NCBI GenBank assembly: GCA_963700285.1
Contig: CAVOXA010000001.1
Location: forward strand, 1,536,001-1,600,000
DNA: 64,000 nucleotides
Origin: an uncultured Chloroflexia bacterium
GTDB taxonomy: Bacteria > Chloroflexota > Anaerolineae > JAAYZQ01
Direction: 5' to 3'
Within the stretch, counting starts at the first letter, position 1. Each line of letters begins with the position of its first letter. The notes beneath the pieces are model-generated. The model was not told the origin of the DNA. It saw only the letters and a program-made list of their open reading frames with translations, and made no database searches. The translations under genes were made by a program, and so were the position numbers. Shown here one piece after another: positions 1 through 8,967 of the stretch.

Positions 1-70
1 TTGCGGCGGGCCGGCCGAGCACTCTGCGCAACCCGCGTATGGTGGCGGCGAGAAATATCGAGATGTGAGC

Positions 71-523
71 TTAGGGGACCTGGGCCGAAGACTTGTGGTC
101 CGCTAGACCCGCAATCCCTTGGATCCGCTTGACCATGTGAACTGTGTTTCCGTCCTCAGCACTGAAATGATACTGCACGTCATCCATCATCCGGTGCATA
201 AGGTATACACCCAGGCCTCCCAGAGGCCGCTCCTCCAGGGGGGCCGTCACATCTGGAATGGGCACCTCGGCTGGATCAAAGGCGGTGCCCCAATCACGGA
301 TGGTGACCTGGACGCAGTCAGCCTGTGTTTCGAGATGGATCTCCATCGGCCCGCCTTGACCATGATAGGCATGCTCGATCACGTTGGTGCAGGCTTCTCC
401 CACGACTGTGTGCAGGGTGGACAGGGTCTGGTCATCCAGACCTTGGTCATGGCCTACCTGATCCACAAAGGCATGGATGGTTGCCATCTGGGAGAGATCG
501 GCAGAGAGGCTCAGCGAGGACAT
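71..523 (-). CDS. RsbW/SpoIIAB-like anti-sigma factor kinase (HATPase_c)
   Basis: EACTNVIEHAY (N-box), IRDWG (G1), GGLGVYLM (G2); downstream of PP2C and STAS genes. Confidence 0.9.
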   Translation of the reverse strand: MSSLSLSADLSQMATIHAFVDQVGHDQGLDDQTLSTLHTVVGEACTNVIEHAYHGQGGPMEIHLETQADCVQVTIRDWGTAFDPAEVPIPDVTAPLEERPLGGLGVYLMHRMMDDVQYHFSAEDGNTVHMVKRIQGIAGLADHKSSAQVP

Positions 524-651
524 GGTGTCAGGTCTCCTGTTCGGGCATCATCGACGGGGATTCATCGTTCGTCCCCTGAGGAATGGTGCAGCCCGGGGCA
601 TCGAGCCGCCAAGTCTGGCCGGCGGCTGCGGCTATTGCCCCCCTGAACGCA

Positions 652-2457
652 TCAGGTGTCCGAGGGAACTCGGCGGACCACAAACAGGGTGAGATCATCC
701 GACTGGGGGATGTCCCCGGTAAAGGCGCGGATGGCCCTGACGATGGCCTCCTGGAGTTGCTGCGCGCTGGCTCCGTTGCTTGCTCTTATCGCCTCCTCGA
801 GCCGGTCTTGACCAAAGAGCACATGGTTGATGTCCATCGCCTCGGTCACACCATCGGTATAAAAGATCAAATAATCGTCAGGTTCCACGGAGACTTCCAC
901 GTCCTCAAGTTCTATCTTGCCAAAGATACCCAGCACGATACCCTGGGCACGCAGCTCCTGAATCTCACCCGAGCCGGGGCGGAACCAAAGGGGCGGGTTG
1001 TGACCGGCATTGGTATAGGTAATCTGGCCCGTTCCAATGTCGAGTACAGCGTAGAAGGCGGTCAAGAACAGGTCAGCTCTCCTGCCCTGCAGCATCAAGC
1101 TGTTGGCCAGCGATAGGGCGGCTTTTGGGCTGCGTCTGGCCAGGGCCGTGGTACGGATTATGGTCGACCCTCGGGCCATGAACAGGGCCGCGGGCACGCC
1201 CTTGCCCGCTACATCGGCAATGACCATTCCCAGACGCTGAGGCTCTCCAGGCAGCTCAATAAAGTCATAGAAGTCGCCGCCGACTTCGCGCGCAGCCTGG
1301 TAGAATGCGGCGAACTCCCAGCCTGGTACCGACGGACAGCTCTCTGGCAACAGGCCAATCTGGATCTGCTGGCCCAAGGCAAGATCTCTTTCCAGCGCCA
1401 GCATCTTGACCTCTTCTTCGTGTAGGCGAGCCTTGTCGATGGCCAAAGCTGCCTGGTTGGCCATCAGGTACAGGAAACGGACTTCGCCAGCCTGTGGGGA
1501 CCGGGGTTCCCGCTGATTCAGCATCAGGACCCCCAACGCGTCGCCATTCAACAGCAGGGGCACTATCGCATACGCGACAAAGCCTTCCTCCTGCAGCCAG
1601 TCGGGCACCCAGGTAGGATCTTGGTCATGGATATCCGCTACCAGGAGGGTTTGCCGGGTGTGCATCACCTGTCCAGGGCCGCTTCGGTTGTCAGCAGGCA
1701 GCTGCCGCCGCTCTTTGCCCGGATCGTGGCGCCAGCCACTCGTGGCCCGATACTCGAGACAGCCAGGCACTTCGCTGGGCAGCAGCAGGGCAGCGGCATC
1801 GGCGGAGAGCAGTCTTCGGACTTCTTGGACAAGGTGTTCGATGAGTTCGGACAGATCTAGATGGCTCAACAGTTGGCGCGAGAGGCTGAGCAACGCCTCC
1901 TGCTCGTGCCAACGCTGATCCCGCAACAGGTCAAAGAACTGTGCCCGCTCCAGTGCGATCCCCATCTGGCTGCCGACATTCGTCAGCAGGCTCAGAGCCT
2001 GGGGACTAAAAGAGTCCCAGTCTGCTGCGGCCACATTGAGCATGCCCAGGACACGGTTTCCTGAGCGAAGTGGCGCCGATGCGTGTACGGCCAACCCCCG
2101 CCGATCTCCCCGGACTCGGCTGAGGCGGTTGCAGTATACTTCGTTGTATGCCTTGGTCAGATCACCTGACATCGCGAGTTCCCGGCAGGTGCAGCTTCCC
2201 TCCCAGGCAGCCGTGTTGTCAAGGGACAGAGCTGGGGGCAGGTTGTGGTGCGCGGCCAGGGCAAAGGTCCCATTTGCCCCGGCGCCTTGGTCTTGCGGGT
2301 CCATGAGGATGATCCAGCCGGTCTCCAGGCCCATCAACTCGACCAGATGTGCCAATGCGTCGTTGAGCACGCTGCGGACATCGACAGCCTGGTTCAGAGT
2401 ATCCGAAATGTGGTTCAGGGTTGTCAGTTTCTCGATCAGGTCGGTGTCTGTGGGCAT
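652..2457 (-). CDS. Tandem-GAF SpoIIE/RsbU-type PP2C phosphatase
   Basis: Two GAF-like segments, then VGGDFYD, IADVAGKG, NAGHNPP, YTDGVTEA and DDLT PP2C motifs. Confidence 0.92.
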   Translation of the reverse strand: MPTDTDLIEKLTTLNHISDTLNQAVDVRSVLNDALAHLVELMGLETGWIILMDPQDQGAGANGTFALAAHHNLPPALSLDNTAAWEGSCTCRELAMSGDLTKAYNEVYCNRLSRVRGDRRGLAVHASAPLRSGNRVLGMLNVAAADWDSFSPQALSLLTNVGSQMGIALERAQFFDLLRDQRWHEQEALLSLSRQLLSHLDLSELIEHLVQEVRRLLSADAAALLLPSEVPGCLEYRATSGWRHDPGKERRQLPADNRSGPGQVMHTRQTLLVADIHDQDPTWVPDWLQEEGFVAYAIVPLLLNGDALGVLMLNQREPRSPQAGEVRFLYLMANQAALAIDKARLHEEEVKMLALERDLALGQQIQIGLLPESCPSVPGWEFAAFYQAAREVGGDFYDFIELPGEPQRLGMVIADVAGKGVPAALFMARGSTIIRTTALARRSPKAALSLANSLMLQGRRADLFLTAFYAVLDIGTGQITYTNAGHNPPLWFRPGSGEIQELRAQGIVLGIFGKIELEDVEVSVEPDDYLIFYTDGVTEAMDINHVLFGQDRLEEAIRASNGASAQQLQEAIVRAIRAFTGDIPQSDDLTLFVVRRVPSDT

Positions 2458-2518
2458 AGAAGGTGTTCCGTCTCAACGGACTGAAGCCAGGCCTACCAGC
2501 TCCAAAAAAGAAGTTCTG

Positions 2519-2917
2519 CTAGAATGAGGCCAAAGCCTTGCGCTGGTTGGAGTAGACATCCAGAAACATATCAAAACCCGTGGCCTTCAGTACCTGGAGA
2601 GCATCGGAACTGGGATTCAGCAACTTAAAGTGGGAGGAATGATAGGTCCCGGCCTTGATCCCATCTCGAATGGCCTCGTCATTCTGCTCGGGCGAATCTG
2701 TGCGCAGCAGCAAGAATATCTGGTGCATGGCTCTCAACCCAGCGCTGCTCAGAAAAGACACCTTGCTCAAGTCGAGCAGCAGATAGCGCATTCCGGCATC
2801 GAATGCATCCTGGGCCTGCTGGACCAACTGTCCCTCTGTTTCCGCCGTCAGCTCGCCCTTGATCTGGAAAATTGTCACGGGGACACGTGCTTCTTCCTCT
2901 GAGACAACTACCTCCAT
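2519..2917 (-). CDS. STAS-domain anti-anti-sigma factor
   Basis: LLDLSKVSFLSSAGLR phosphoacceptor motif; SD GAGGT upstream. Confidence 0.88.
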   Translation of the reverse strand: MEVVVSEEEARVPVTIFQIKGELTAETEGQLVQQAQDAFDAGMRYLLLDLSKVSFLSSAGLRAMHQIFLLLRTDSPEQNDEAIRDGIKAGTYHSSHFKLLNPSSDALQVLKATGFDMFLDVYSNQRKALASF

Positions 2918-3076
2918 GGCTTACCACCTCTTTCTGCATCCATGATGCGATCATAGCTGGAGATCAAGTTCTGGGGAGGCGTCCTTCTATCCCATCCACC
3001 GTGAGACTCGATACCCTGCAAGCTCTAGTCAGAACCATGCCCGGGCCGCACCTCATAGTGGTTCTGCTCGTGTCCA

Positions 3077-3105
3077 ATTATAGACTTGAACGGGTGACTT
3101 GTCAA
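3077..3105 (-). promoter_or_regulatory. Consensus sigma70/sigmaA promoter for the STAS-PP2C-RsbW operon
   Basis: Minus strand reads TTGACA-17 nt-TATAAT exactly. Confidence 0.75.
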
Positions 3106-3125
3106 GTTAGAGTAAGATAAAAATG

Positions 3126-3155
3126 ATTATATTTACGATGATGAATGGACGTCAA
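3126..3155 (-). promoter_or_regulatory. Second, upstream sigma70-type promoter
   Basis: Minus strand reads TTGACG-18 nt-TATAAT. Confidence 0.55.
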
Positions 3156-3281
3156 GGTTGCGACAGTCCGGGCCCGCTGATCTAACAAGATGGCTAGTGC
3201 AGGGAGTTGCTCCCTCCCTGGCGTTAGATTATCCACCAGGGACGGGAGCCAAAGTCCATTTTTCACAGGTTTTCTGAAACG

Positions 3282-5252
3282 CTACTGGGTAGGAAGCTGG
3301 CCGACTACTTGGAATGAGCCGAGGATCCGGTCCAGCGCGTCCGCATCAGCATCGCTCACGATCATGACCTGGAGCCAGATCAGGTAAGATTGGTCCTGTG
3401 GTGCTGCAGCGAGGTTGATGAAGGTAGTGCCCTCCCCACCACAGTTGGTATAGTGATCGAAGAGACCTTCGTAGACCGAATCGCGATATTCTTTGCGTCC
3501 CTCGTACTGGCAGTCACCGGAGAAATCATGGTCCTCCATGTTCAGCAGGTCTTCACCAGTCATCGCCTGCAGCAGAGTGCTTGAGGCTCCAAAGAATACG
3601 CCAGGCTCCGTCCACGTCTCGTAGAAGCCGTCCAAATCCGCAGAGGCCACGATGGCGCTTCCGACGCTCTCGCCCTCCAAATTCCAGGACCTGCCGCTGA
3701 AATCGCTCCAGGCGACTGGGATCTCCATGGTCATTGCGCCCGAGTCGTCCTTGACAAAGGCATAGTCCGAGTAGCTTGAGGCGCCGCTGTCGCTGCCGGT
3801 GCCGGCTTCGCCGGTATCGACCTCCTGGGCAAAGGAGAACGCTTGCTCCAGGACCCGGCCGTTGATCTGGCCCTCCAGTACCTCTTCGGTCGAGAAGCGT
3901 ATGACTTTCAGGTCCAGCGTATCCCCTGGCTGGTGCGTGCGCAGGATGTCGCAATAGTCGGACTTTGTATAGTCGGTGGCCAGGACGAGGCCCTCCATTT
4001 CGGTGATGATGTCGCCACCTTTCACGCCAGCCCGGTCGGCGGGAGAACCCGACTCCACCGATGAGACCCAGATGCCGGACAGACCCTCGCCGGTATTCAC
4101 CGCCTCGCTGTTCACGCCGATTGAATTGACGTCCTGGCCTGCCTGCAGTTGCTCGATGATCGGCAGAGCCTCGGCCCGGGCGATGGCAAAATGCTGCTCC
4201 GTATCCGCGTTACCCGCATAGTGGATGGCCACTACCTTTCCATCCTCGGTGACCACGGGACCTCCGGAATTCCCCGGATTGGTCAGGGCACTGTGCTCAA
4301 TGACCGAGTCCACTGAAGCCCAGTTAGTCTCACCACCAGCTTTCTCCTTGGAGATGATGCCCTGCAGCAGGGTATACTCTGGGTCGCCCAGTGGGAAGCC
4401 AGCGGCATAGATCGGCAAGCCAACCGTTAGATCGCCGCCGTACCACTCCAGGTAAGGATAGCCATCACCCTCAATGTCGATCACTGCCAGGTCTGAGCAT
4501 TCGGAGACGCCCAGGATCTTGGCGTTGCGCGGCTCGGATTCGCCCCCAACAAGGACCCGCAACAAGGCTGCCCCTGTGACGACATGGTTGTTGGTGACGG
4601 CAATGCCCGAAGGGTCGATGATGAATCCTGAGCCAGCGCCGGCTACATTCTGCACCTGGCCGAACTCGGGGTGGACAAAGCTGCCAGCAGCTTCAATCTG
4701 GATGGTGGCACTTTTCACATCCTGTAGCCTGGACACGGCACCCCCCGAGGCCGTTTCTGGCGTCTGTGTTGGCTCTGGGGCTGGCGCCGCGGCGACGCCG
4801 CCCGGCCCGACGACCTTGAAGCCGTAGGTACCGGCAGGAGTCCCATTGACGTACAGCCGGGCCTCATACTCATCACCCACGGGGAATTGAGTGTCAGGCG
4901 TAAGGGTAAAGCCCACAAGGGTATTGCCTCCAACCAGGAATATAAGCCCTTCCTCTTCCCACAGCTCTGCCAGATCCAGACTTACTTCGGTTATCTCCTG
5001 GTCCCCATAGAAAAAGCGTGCGCCCACCACTCCCTCTTTCGGGTTGCCGTTGAGTGTCACCGAGAGGTAGACTGGCTCCTCGGGCTGAAACTCATCGCCC
5101 GGATCGACGGGCTCCATTTGCTCGCCGAGACCGTGGGCAAAGGTGGCCTCCACAATCTCAGGTGGCCCCGCTGGTTCATCAGCGCCGCCTCCACAGGCAG
5201 CGACCGTCAGCGCCAGAACGACAAACAGGAATACAAGCACGTGTGATTTCAT
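3282..5252 (-). CDS. HtrA/DegP-like S1C serine protease lipoprotein with PDZ domain and extra N- and C-terminal domains
   Basis: Lipobox VAAC; GSGFII, TNNHVV, DLAVI and NPGNSGG triad motifs; PDZ segment GSPADRAGVKGGDII. Confidence 0.9.
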   Translation of the reverse strand: MKSHVLVFLFVVLALTVAACGGGADEPAGPPEIVEATFAHGLGEQMEPVDPGDEFQPEEPVYLSVTLNGNPKEGVVGARFFYGDQEITEVSLDLAELWEEEGLIFLVGGNTLVGFTLTPDTQFPVGDEYEARLYVNGTPAGTYGFKVVGPGGVAAAPAPEPTQTPETASGGAVSRLQDVKSATIQIEAAGSFVHPEFGQVQNVAGAGSGFIIDPSGIAVTNNHVVTGAALLRVLVGGESEPRNAKILGVSECSDLAVIDIEGDGYPYLEWYGGDLTVGLPIYAAGFPLGDPEYTLLQGIISKEKAGGETNWASVDSVIEHSALTNPGNSGGPVVTEDGKVVAIHYAGNADTEQHFAIARAEALPIIEQLQAGQDVNSIGVNSEAVNTGEGLSGIWVSSVESGSPADRAGVKGGDIITEMEGLVLATDYTKSDYCDILRTHQPGDTLDLKVIRFSTEEVLEGQINGRVLEQAFSFAQEVDTGEAGTGSDSGASSYSDYAFVKDDSGAMTMEIPVAWSDFSGRSWNLEGESVGSAIVASADLDGFYETWTEPGVFFGASSTLLQAMTGEDLLNMEDHDFSGDCQYEGRKEYRDSVYEGLFDHYTNCGGEGTTFINLAAAPQDQSYLIWLQVMIVSDADADALDRILGSFQVVGQLPTQ

Positions 5253-5344
5253 GGATACCCTACCTTTTTATTCACTCTGTGACGAAAGTGGTGTCGGCCG
5301 AGTTCTGGCAGGAGATTCATTCCAATATCGTCCCTCCTGCCTCC

Positions 5345-5788
5345 TCAATTGCCCCCTGCTTCTAGAGGGTAGCCGGCGGCATCCCAGGCCGCCAGCCCGC
5401 CCTTTAGCGCGTAGACCTTGGCTGGATCCACTCCCTGGTCGATCACTGTCAGCGCCGCACGGGCGCTGGTCTCTTCAGCCGGTCAAGTTCAATAGAAGAC
5501 GAGCGATTTGTCGGCCGGAAGCTCACTGGAGCGCACGGCTGCCTCGCCTGCCGGGAAGGAGATGGCTCCGGCGGCGTGGGCCTGCAGGTAGGCGGCTGCG
5601 GACCGGGCATCGTAGATCAGGGCCTCGCCGCTGTCCAGCAGCGCCTTGGCATCCGCCGCTGTAATGCGCTGGATGTCGTCGGCACTCTCTACCACGATTT
5701 GCGGCTCCGCTGCGGGCGTCGCGCCGCCGCAAGCGACCAACATCAGCGTCAGACCGGCCAGAATGATCGTCGCCAACCATTTGTTCAT
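5345..5788 (-). CDS. Rhodanese-domain lipoprotein, probable selenoprotein with UxU motif (UGA at 5489-5491 and 5483-5485)
   Basis: SD AGGGAG, ATG at 5788, lipobox LVAC, IYDARS...HAAGAIS, then LVFY-UGA-T-UGA-PAEETSARAA...VYALKGGLAAWDAAGYPLE; the rhodanese C-terminal signature lies after the UGAs in the same frame. Confidence 0.85.
5450..5468 (-). promoter_or_regulatory. Putative bacterial SECIS hairpin
   Basis: Minus strand CAGCGCC-CGUGC-GGCGCUG: 7-bp stem with a GU-containing loop, starting 14 nt after the second UGA. Confidence 0.6.
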
Positions 5789-5843
5789 CTGCAACTCCCT
5801 TCGAGGTTGTGGGGGCTGTTCTCCCGAGTGTACCCACTCGATC

Positions 5844-6902
5844 TCAGCCGATAGCAATCATTCGCTCTACGGCACGTGTTGCCCGTACCCGGATCTCGTC
5901 CGGAACCTCGATCACGTACCGCGTGTACTTGAGCGCATTAAGGGTATCTTCCATGGTGATCTCGTTCATGTGCGGGCATCGGACCCGGCAGAGCCGGAGC
6001 ATCTCCTTCGTAGGATTGGCCGCGGCGACGTTGTCACCCATGGCGCATTCCGTCAGCAAGAGATAGCGCGGCGCTGCCGTCGTTTCAACGTAGCCAATCA
6101 TCGCTGATGTGCTCCCCGAAAAGTCGGAGGCCGCAACCACCGCAGGACTACATTCGGGGTGGGCCAGGATGACGACGTCGGGGAACTGTGCCCTGACATC
6201 AGCGATATCCTGGACCGTGAACTTTTCATGGACCTCGCATTTCCCGTGCCAGCCCACCATCTGGTAATCGAGAGCAGGATCTTGGCTGCCAACCGGTGTG
6301 GGTGTCCGGGTAGGAAAAATGATGTGCTTGCCCGTTGTCTCGGCCACGTTGCGGGCGAGATATTCGTCGGGCAGGAATAGTACCGTATCGGTGCCCAGCG
6401 ACTCGATCACTGCCACCGCGTTGCCCGAGGTGCAGCAGATGTCGCTTTCTGCCTTTACGTCGGCATAAGTATTGACATAAGTCACCACGGGTATGCCAGG
6501 ATATCTCCTCTTGAGCTCCCGGACATCCTCGGCCGTGATACTCTCTGCCAGCGAACAGCCGGCCCGGGCTGCAGGGAGCAGGACTGTCTTGGTAGGATTG
6601 AGGATTTTGGCCGTCTCGGCCATGAAACGTACGCCACAGAAGATGATGATATCCCGATCTGTCTGTGCTGCCATTCGAGCCAAAGCCAGCGAGTCCCCGG
6701 TATAGTCCGGGATCGAATGGAACAGCGCTGGCTCCATATAGTTGTGCCCAAGGATGACGGCGTTCCTCTCTTCCTTGAGCCGGAGGATCTCGTAGGCCAG
6801 GTCGGCCTTTATCCGTAACTCAAAGTCTGGAACGATGTCGGCAAGCTTGGCCTTCATTTCAAGATAGATCTTGTCGGCTGACAATCCAAGAGCCTCCTTC
6901 AC
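5844..6902 (-). CDS. nadA: Quinolinate synthase
   Basis: AVILGHNY, GDSLALA, FCGVRFMAETAKILNP, AGCSLA, YVNT, CEVHE, HPEC and CPHM motifs. Confidence 0.96.
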   Translation of the reverse strand: MKEALGLSADKIYLEMKAKLADIVPDFELRIKADLAYEILRLKEERNAVILGHNYMEPALFHSIPDYTGDSLALARMAAQTDRDIIIFCGVRFMAETAKILNPTKTVLLPAARAGCSLAESITAEDVRELKRRYPGIPVVTYVNTYADVKAESDICCTSGNAVAVIESLGTDTVLFLPDEYLARNVAETTGKHIIFPTRTPTPVGSQDPALDYQMVGWHGKCEVHEKFTVQDIADVRAQFPDVVILAHPECSPAVVAASDFSGSTSAMIGYVETTAAPRYLLLTECAMGDNVAAANPTKEMLRLCRVRCPHMNEITMEDTLNALKYTRYVIEVPDEIRVRATRAVERMIAIG

Positions 6903-6925
6903 CGCTACTCCCGTAGCATAGCCTT

Positions 6926-7414
6926 CTAAAGGGTGGCGCAGGCCGCGATATGGCCGCCCATTGTGTCAGGTTCAGCATTTGCCCGTATCTCTTCCAGTTC
7001 CCGTGCCTGGTCGCAGATGTCTGCCAGGGTAATGGAATCCAAGAACTCTGCCATCGTTGCCGACAGATCCAACCACAGCCGGTGGGCTATGCAATGATCT
7101 AGCCGGTGGCATGGATCTTTATACATGGGCAAGACGCAATCTACGGCGGCAATGGGACCCTCCACGGCACGCACTATTTCCCCTATCCGGATGAGCTCAG
7201 GGTCCCGGGCCAGAAGATAGCCGCCACTCGGTCCCTTGACGCCTACGACCAGCCCATTGTTGCGTAGCTGCCGAAACAGTTGGGCCACATAGTCAGGCGA
7301 GAGTTCCTGCCGCTCTGCTATCTCGCGACGGAGTACTGGCCCCCCCGAATCGTGCAGCGCCAGGTCAAGCATGGCCCGCAGTGCGTATCGCCCTCGCGTG
7401 GTAACTTTCATCAT
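6926..7414 (-). CDS. Rrf2-family regulator, IscR-like (three Cys plus His)
   Basis: TTRGRYALRAMLDLA, GPSGGYLLAR, DCVLPMYKDPCHRLDHCIAH. Confidence 0.92.
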   Translation of the reverse strand: MMKVTTRGRYALRAMLDLALHDSGGPVLRREIAERQELSPDYVAQLFRQLRNNGLVVGVKGPSGGYLLARDPELIRIGEIVRAVEGPIAAVDCVLPMYKDPCHRLDHCIAHRLWLDLSATMAEFLDSITLADICDQARELEEIRANAEPDTMGGHIAACATL

Positions 7415-7437
7415 GTGACTTGTTCTCCCTGGACCCC

Positions 7438-7470
7438 ATTATGCAATAGTTGAGGGATTTTGTCAAGTTC
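7438..7470 (-). promoter_or_regulatory. Promoter overlapped by an IscR type-1-like operator
   Basis: Minus TTGACA-17-CATAAT (7438-7466); plus 7446-7470 ATAGTTGAGGGATTTTGTCAAGTTC matches ATASYYGACTRWWWYAGTCRRSTAT at 20 of 25 positions by manual count. Confidence 0.7.
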
Positions 7471-7601
7471 TGACGCTCATGATTGAGCCCTTCTCGGGTA
7501 GGCGCGGAGCGAAAGGTCGATGGAACAGCGTCTGTCAGGGAAGAGTCCGTGTGGGTGTTGGATCCGCCTGGCAGCCCCATGGGGTAGGGTTTGGATCGGG
7601 G

Positions 7602-8735
7602 CTATGATCGACGCCGGGCGACGAGCACTGCCAGCCCGGTCGTGAGGGGTACGCCAGCCAGCAGCCCCAGGCTGCCCACCAGGGTGCGAACGATCTCCTC
7701 AGCAACAATCTCCCGGTTGAGGGTGATGCCCAGCGGCACAGCAAAGACGGTGAACAGAAGCAAAAGTGGCAGTGATGCCCCTACATAGGCCAGGAAAAGC
7801 GTGTTGACCATAGCCGCGATATGGTCTCGACCCACGATCATCCCGTGCGCAAACAGTGCCCGCCAGCCCAGGGCAGGGTTGGCTTTGTTCAGCTCAAAGA
7901 TGGTTGACGACTGGCCCACAGCGATGTCGTCCAGGGCGCCCAGCGTACCGATGATGATGCCGGCCAGCAGCAATCCCTGCGTATCAATCTGAAAGCCGGC
8001 TGCCTGGAGAAAGCTCGCCTCCTCGGCGCCAAACCCAGATAGCCGTGTCCAACTTACCGACCAGAAGGCCAGTAACCCGGTGAGGACAAGGGTGACGAAA
8101 AGCCCTGCCACGGCAACGTGCGTTTTTCCGTTCCAACCATAGACCAGGTACAGGCTGACGCCCATCATAACCACGGAGCCGGCGATGGCGACCACTACCG
8201 GATTCCACCCGGCCAGGATACGGGGTACGATGAAACCGACAATGACCAGGAGGCTAAAGCCCATGCCCAGGAGAGAACGTACGCCCTGCCGGCCACTGAG
8301 TACCACAGTAGCCACTGCGAATAGCAGGGTCAGCCACAGCAATGGCCCCGTGCGAACAAAGTCACCAACGAGAAAGACGTCCTCTCCATCCAGCGTAACA
8401 GCGTGGTCCACCAGTACCCGGTCACCCGCTCGGAACATGCGGCTTTCATTGGTAAAGCCCAGCAGACCATGCTCGATTTCTATTTCCTGGCCGGCCAGCG
8501 GACCGCCAGATAGCCGCAGCAGCAGTCGCTGGTAGGGCTGCGCGAACTCACCCTGGGCAATGGTTCTTTCTTCCAGCACCTTTATGACCGAGGCACGGAT
8601 TGTCTCGCTTTCACCGGGCGCCAGGCTGCTTGCGGGGTTGAGTCTTTGACGCCCAGCAACGGCGCCCAACAGCACAAGGATGGCGATGACAATCAGCGCC
8701 ACAACAAGCCACCAAATCCGGTTCGATCGCAGCAT
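7602..8735 (-). CDS. YibE/F-family membrane protein
   Basis: GIIIGTLGALDDIAV, GRDHIAAMVNTLFLAYVGASLPLLL, EEIVRTLVGSLGL; start placed at ATG 8735. Confidence 0.88.
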   Translation of the reverse strand: MLRSNRIWWLVVALIVIAILVLLGAVAGRQRLNPASSLAPGESETIRASVIKVLEERTIAQGEFAQPYQRLLLRLSGGPLAGQEIEIEHGLLGFTNESRMFRAGDRVLVDHAVTLDGEDVFLVGDFVRTGPLLWLTLLFAVATVVLSGRQGVRSLLGMGFSLLVIVGFIVPRILAGWNPVVVAIAGSVVMMGVSLYLVYGWNGKTHVAVAGLFVTLVLTGLLAFWSVSWTRLSGFGAEEASFLQAAGFQIDTQGLLLAGIIIGTLGALDDIAVGQSSTIFELNKANPALGWRALFAHGMIVGRDHIAAMVNTLFLAYVGASLPLLLLFTVFAVPLGITLNREIVAEEIVRTLVGSLGLLAGVPLTTGLAVLVARRRS

Positions 8736-8967
8736 GTGGGTCAACCTACTTTGAAGGATGGCACTCTGCCAGAGTGTAGCACATGGCTGGAAACTGGCCA
8801 AGTTTCCCCTCGTGTAGCAACATGTGCTGCTTCCCTGTTCAGTATACCGTTGCCTGGCCACTCAAACTATGGTAAGATAGGGCTACTCAGGAGGTACGGA
8901 CAGGTACCGTTGGGGTAAGATAGGTTTAGATTCTAGGCGCCGTGCAGACGGGCCGCCGGAGGCCAGG

